The translations under genes and the position numbers were made by a program. From Utricularia gibba (Eukaryota > Plantae > Magnoliophyta): a stretch of DNA of 64,000 bases. A model generated the notes under the pieces. The model saw only the letters and a list, made by a program, of their open reading frames with translations. It searched no databases and was not told the DNA's origin. The first letter of the stretch is position 1. The number at the start of each line of letters is the position of its first letter. Where the stretch lies: the NCBI GenBank assembly GCA_002189035.1, contig NEEC01000011.1:3224001-3288000 (forward strand). The letters run 5' to 3'. Shown piece after piece: positions 63,213-64,000 of this stretch.

Positions 63213-63858
63213 CTAATATGGCCTGTAGCGCATGAAGGGGCGCCTAAACCTTGGAAACCTCCTGCAAGAGGGGGAGTTTACATGTTAGGCACAGAACCAA
63301 ACTGGAGCAGCTTCTCTTGGTAAATACATAGTTCCAATAGAACACAAATAGAAAAAAGTATGGATTTGGATACAATGGTAGGATAGCGCACTCATGCGGT
63401 TTACTAGGTAGGCAGGCCAGTTTTTTGACAAACAAATTACAAGAAAGATATCTCTCGTGCTCACCCATAACCATATGGTGGATAAAATGGTGATGGCATG
63501 AAGGCCCTCCTCGGTCCAAAGTAAGGATTTGGACGCCTCCCTCTGAACTGCTTCATTCCAGGAACGTTCGTTCTTTTGGCAGACACCTGAAAAATTAGGA
63601 GACGTAAGGCTGGTTTTTGGAGAGATGAGCGTTTCAATGATCAGACCATGGCCTGCCACTGCAAACCTTTAGTTGGCGGCCATGCAACTCTGACTCATTC
63701 AATAGCAGAGCATTTTGGACAGCCTCCACCTCTACAAATTCAACATAAGCAAATCCCTTGGGCTGAAAGTATTTGTCGGTCAGGATGGTGACCCTGTTCA
63801 CGGTCCCACACGACTGAAAATGTTGCTGCACTTCCTCAGGTGTGCATGCATAGTCTAC
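63213..63858 (-). CDS. PABN: Nuclear poly(A)-binding protein 2 (PABN), last three exons; gene continues past the window end
   Basis: [39 protein letters not shown] (RRM), [25 protein letters not shown]-stop at 63213. Confidence 0.92.
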
Positions 63859-64000
63859 CTGAGAGTGAAGAGAAAACATGTTATCCAGGAAAATATGTTC
63901 GAGGTATCAGTGGTCTCGCAAATGATTTTTTTCGGAAGCAGGAAGAGTCAGCATTCAAGCTTAACATTATCTATGCACATTACATGGCTAATTCCACCCC

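Overview
Plant (eudicot) nuclear DNA from a very compact, gene-dense genome. I find about 19 intron-containing or single-exon protein genes in 64 kb, mostly with 70-200 nt introns, and no recognisable transposon coding sequence. In order: SOC1/AGL42-like MADS-box (5' partial), a coiled-coil protein, OMA1, an uncharacterised type-II membrane protein, NEET, YLS7/TBL17-18-like, FKBP53, an LRR-IV RLK, a decayed RPS20 pseudogene, EXL3, SKS1/2, vacuolar invertase, RIN2/3 E3 ligase, NOA1, TDR/PXY, RNA Pol III RPC4, SWI1/DYAD, a U-box kinase, a TMKL1-like pseudokinase, PFK4, RABD2 and PABN (5' partial). The ORF track mostly shows exon fragments; gene models were spliced by eye. Main observations: (1) six single-base deletions in short homopolymer runs break five otherwise intact genes, most likely long-read consensus errors; (2) an RPS20 pseudogene that keeps an intron and a site-II promoter cluster; (3) several unexplained spliced or structured non-coding candidates, including a box C/D snoRNA-like segment; (4) gene order collinear with a recalled Arabidopsis At5g51 block. 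I found no convincing wholly new biological system. The non-coding candidates are the best leads and are low confidence.
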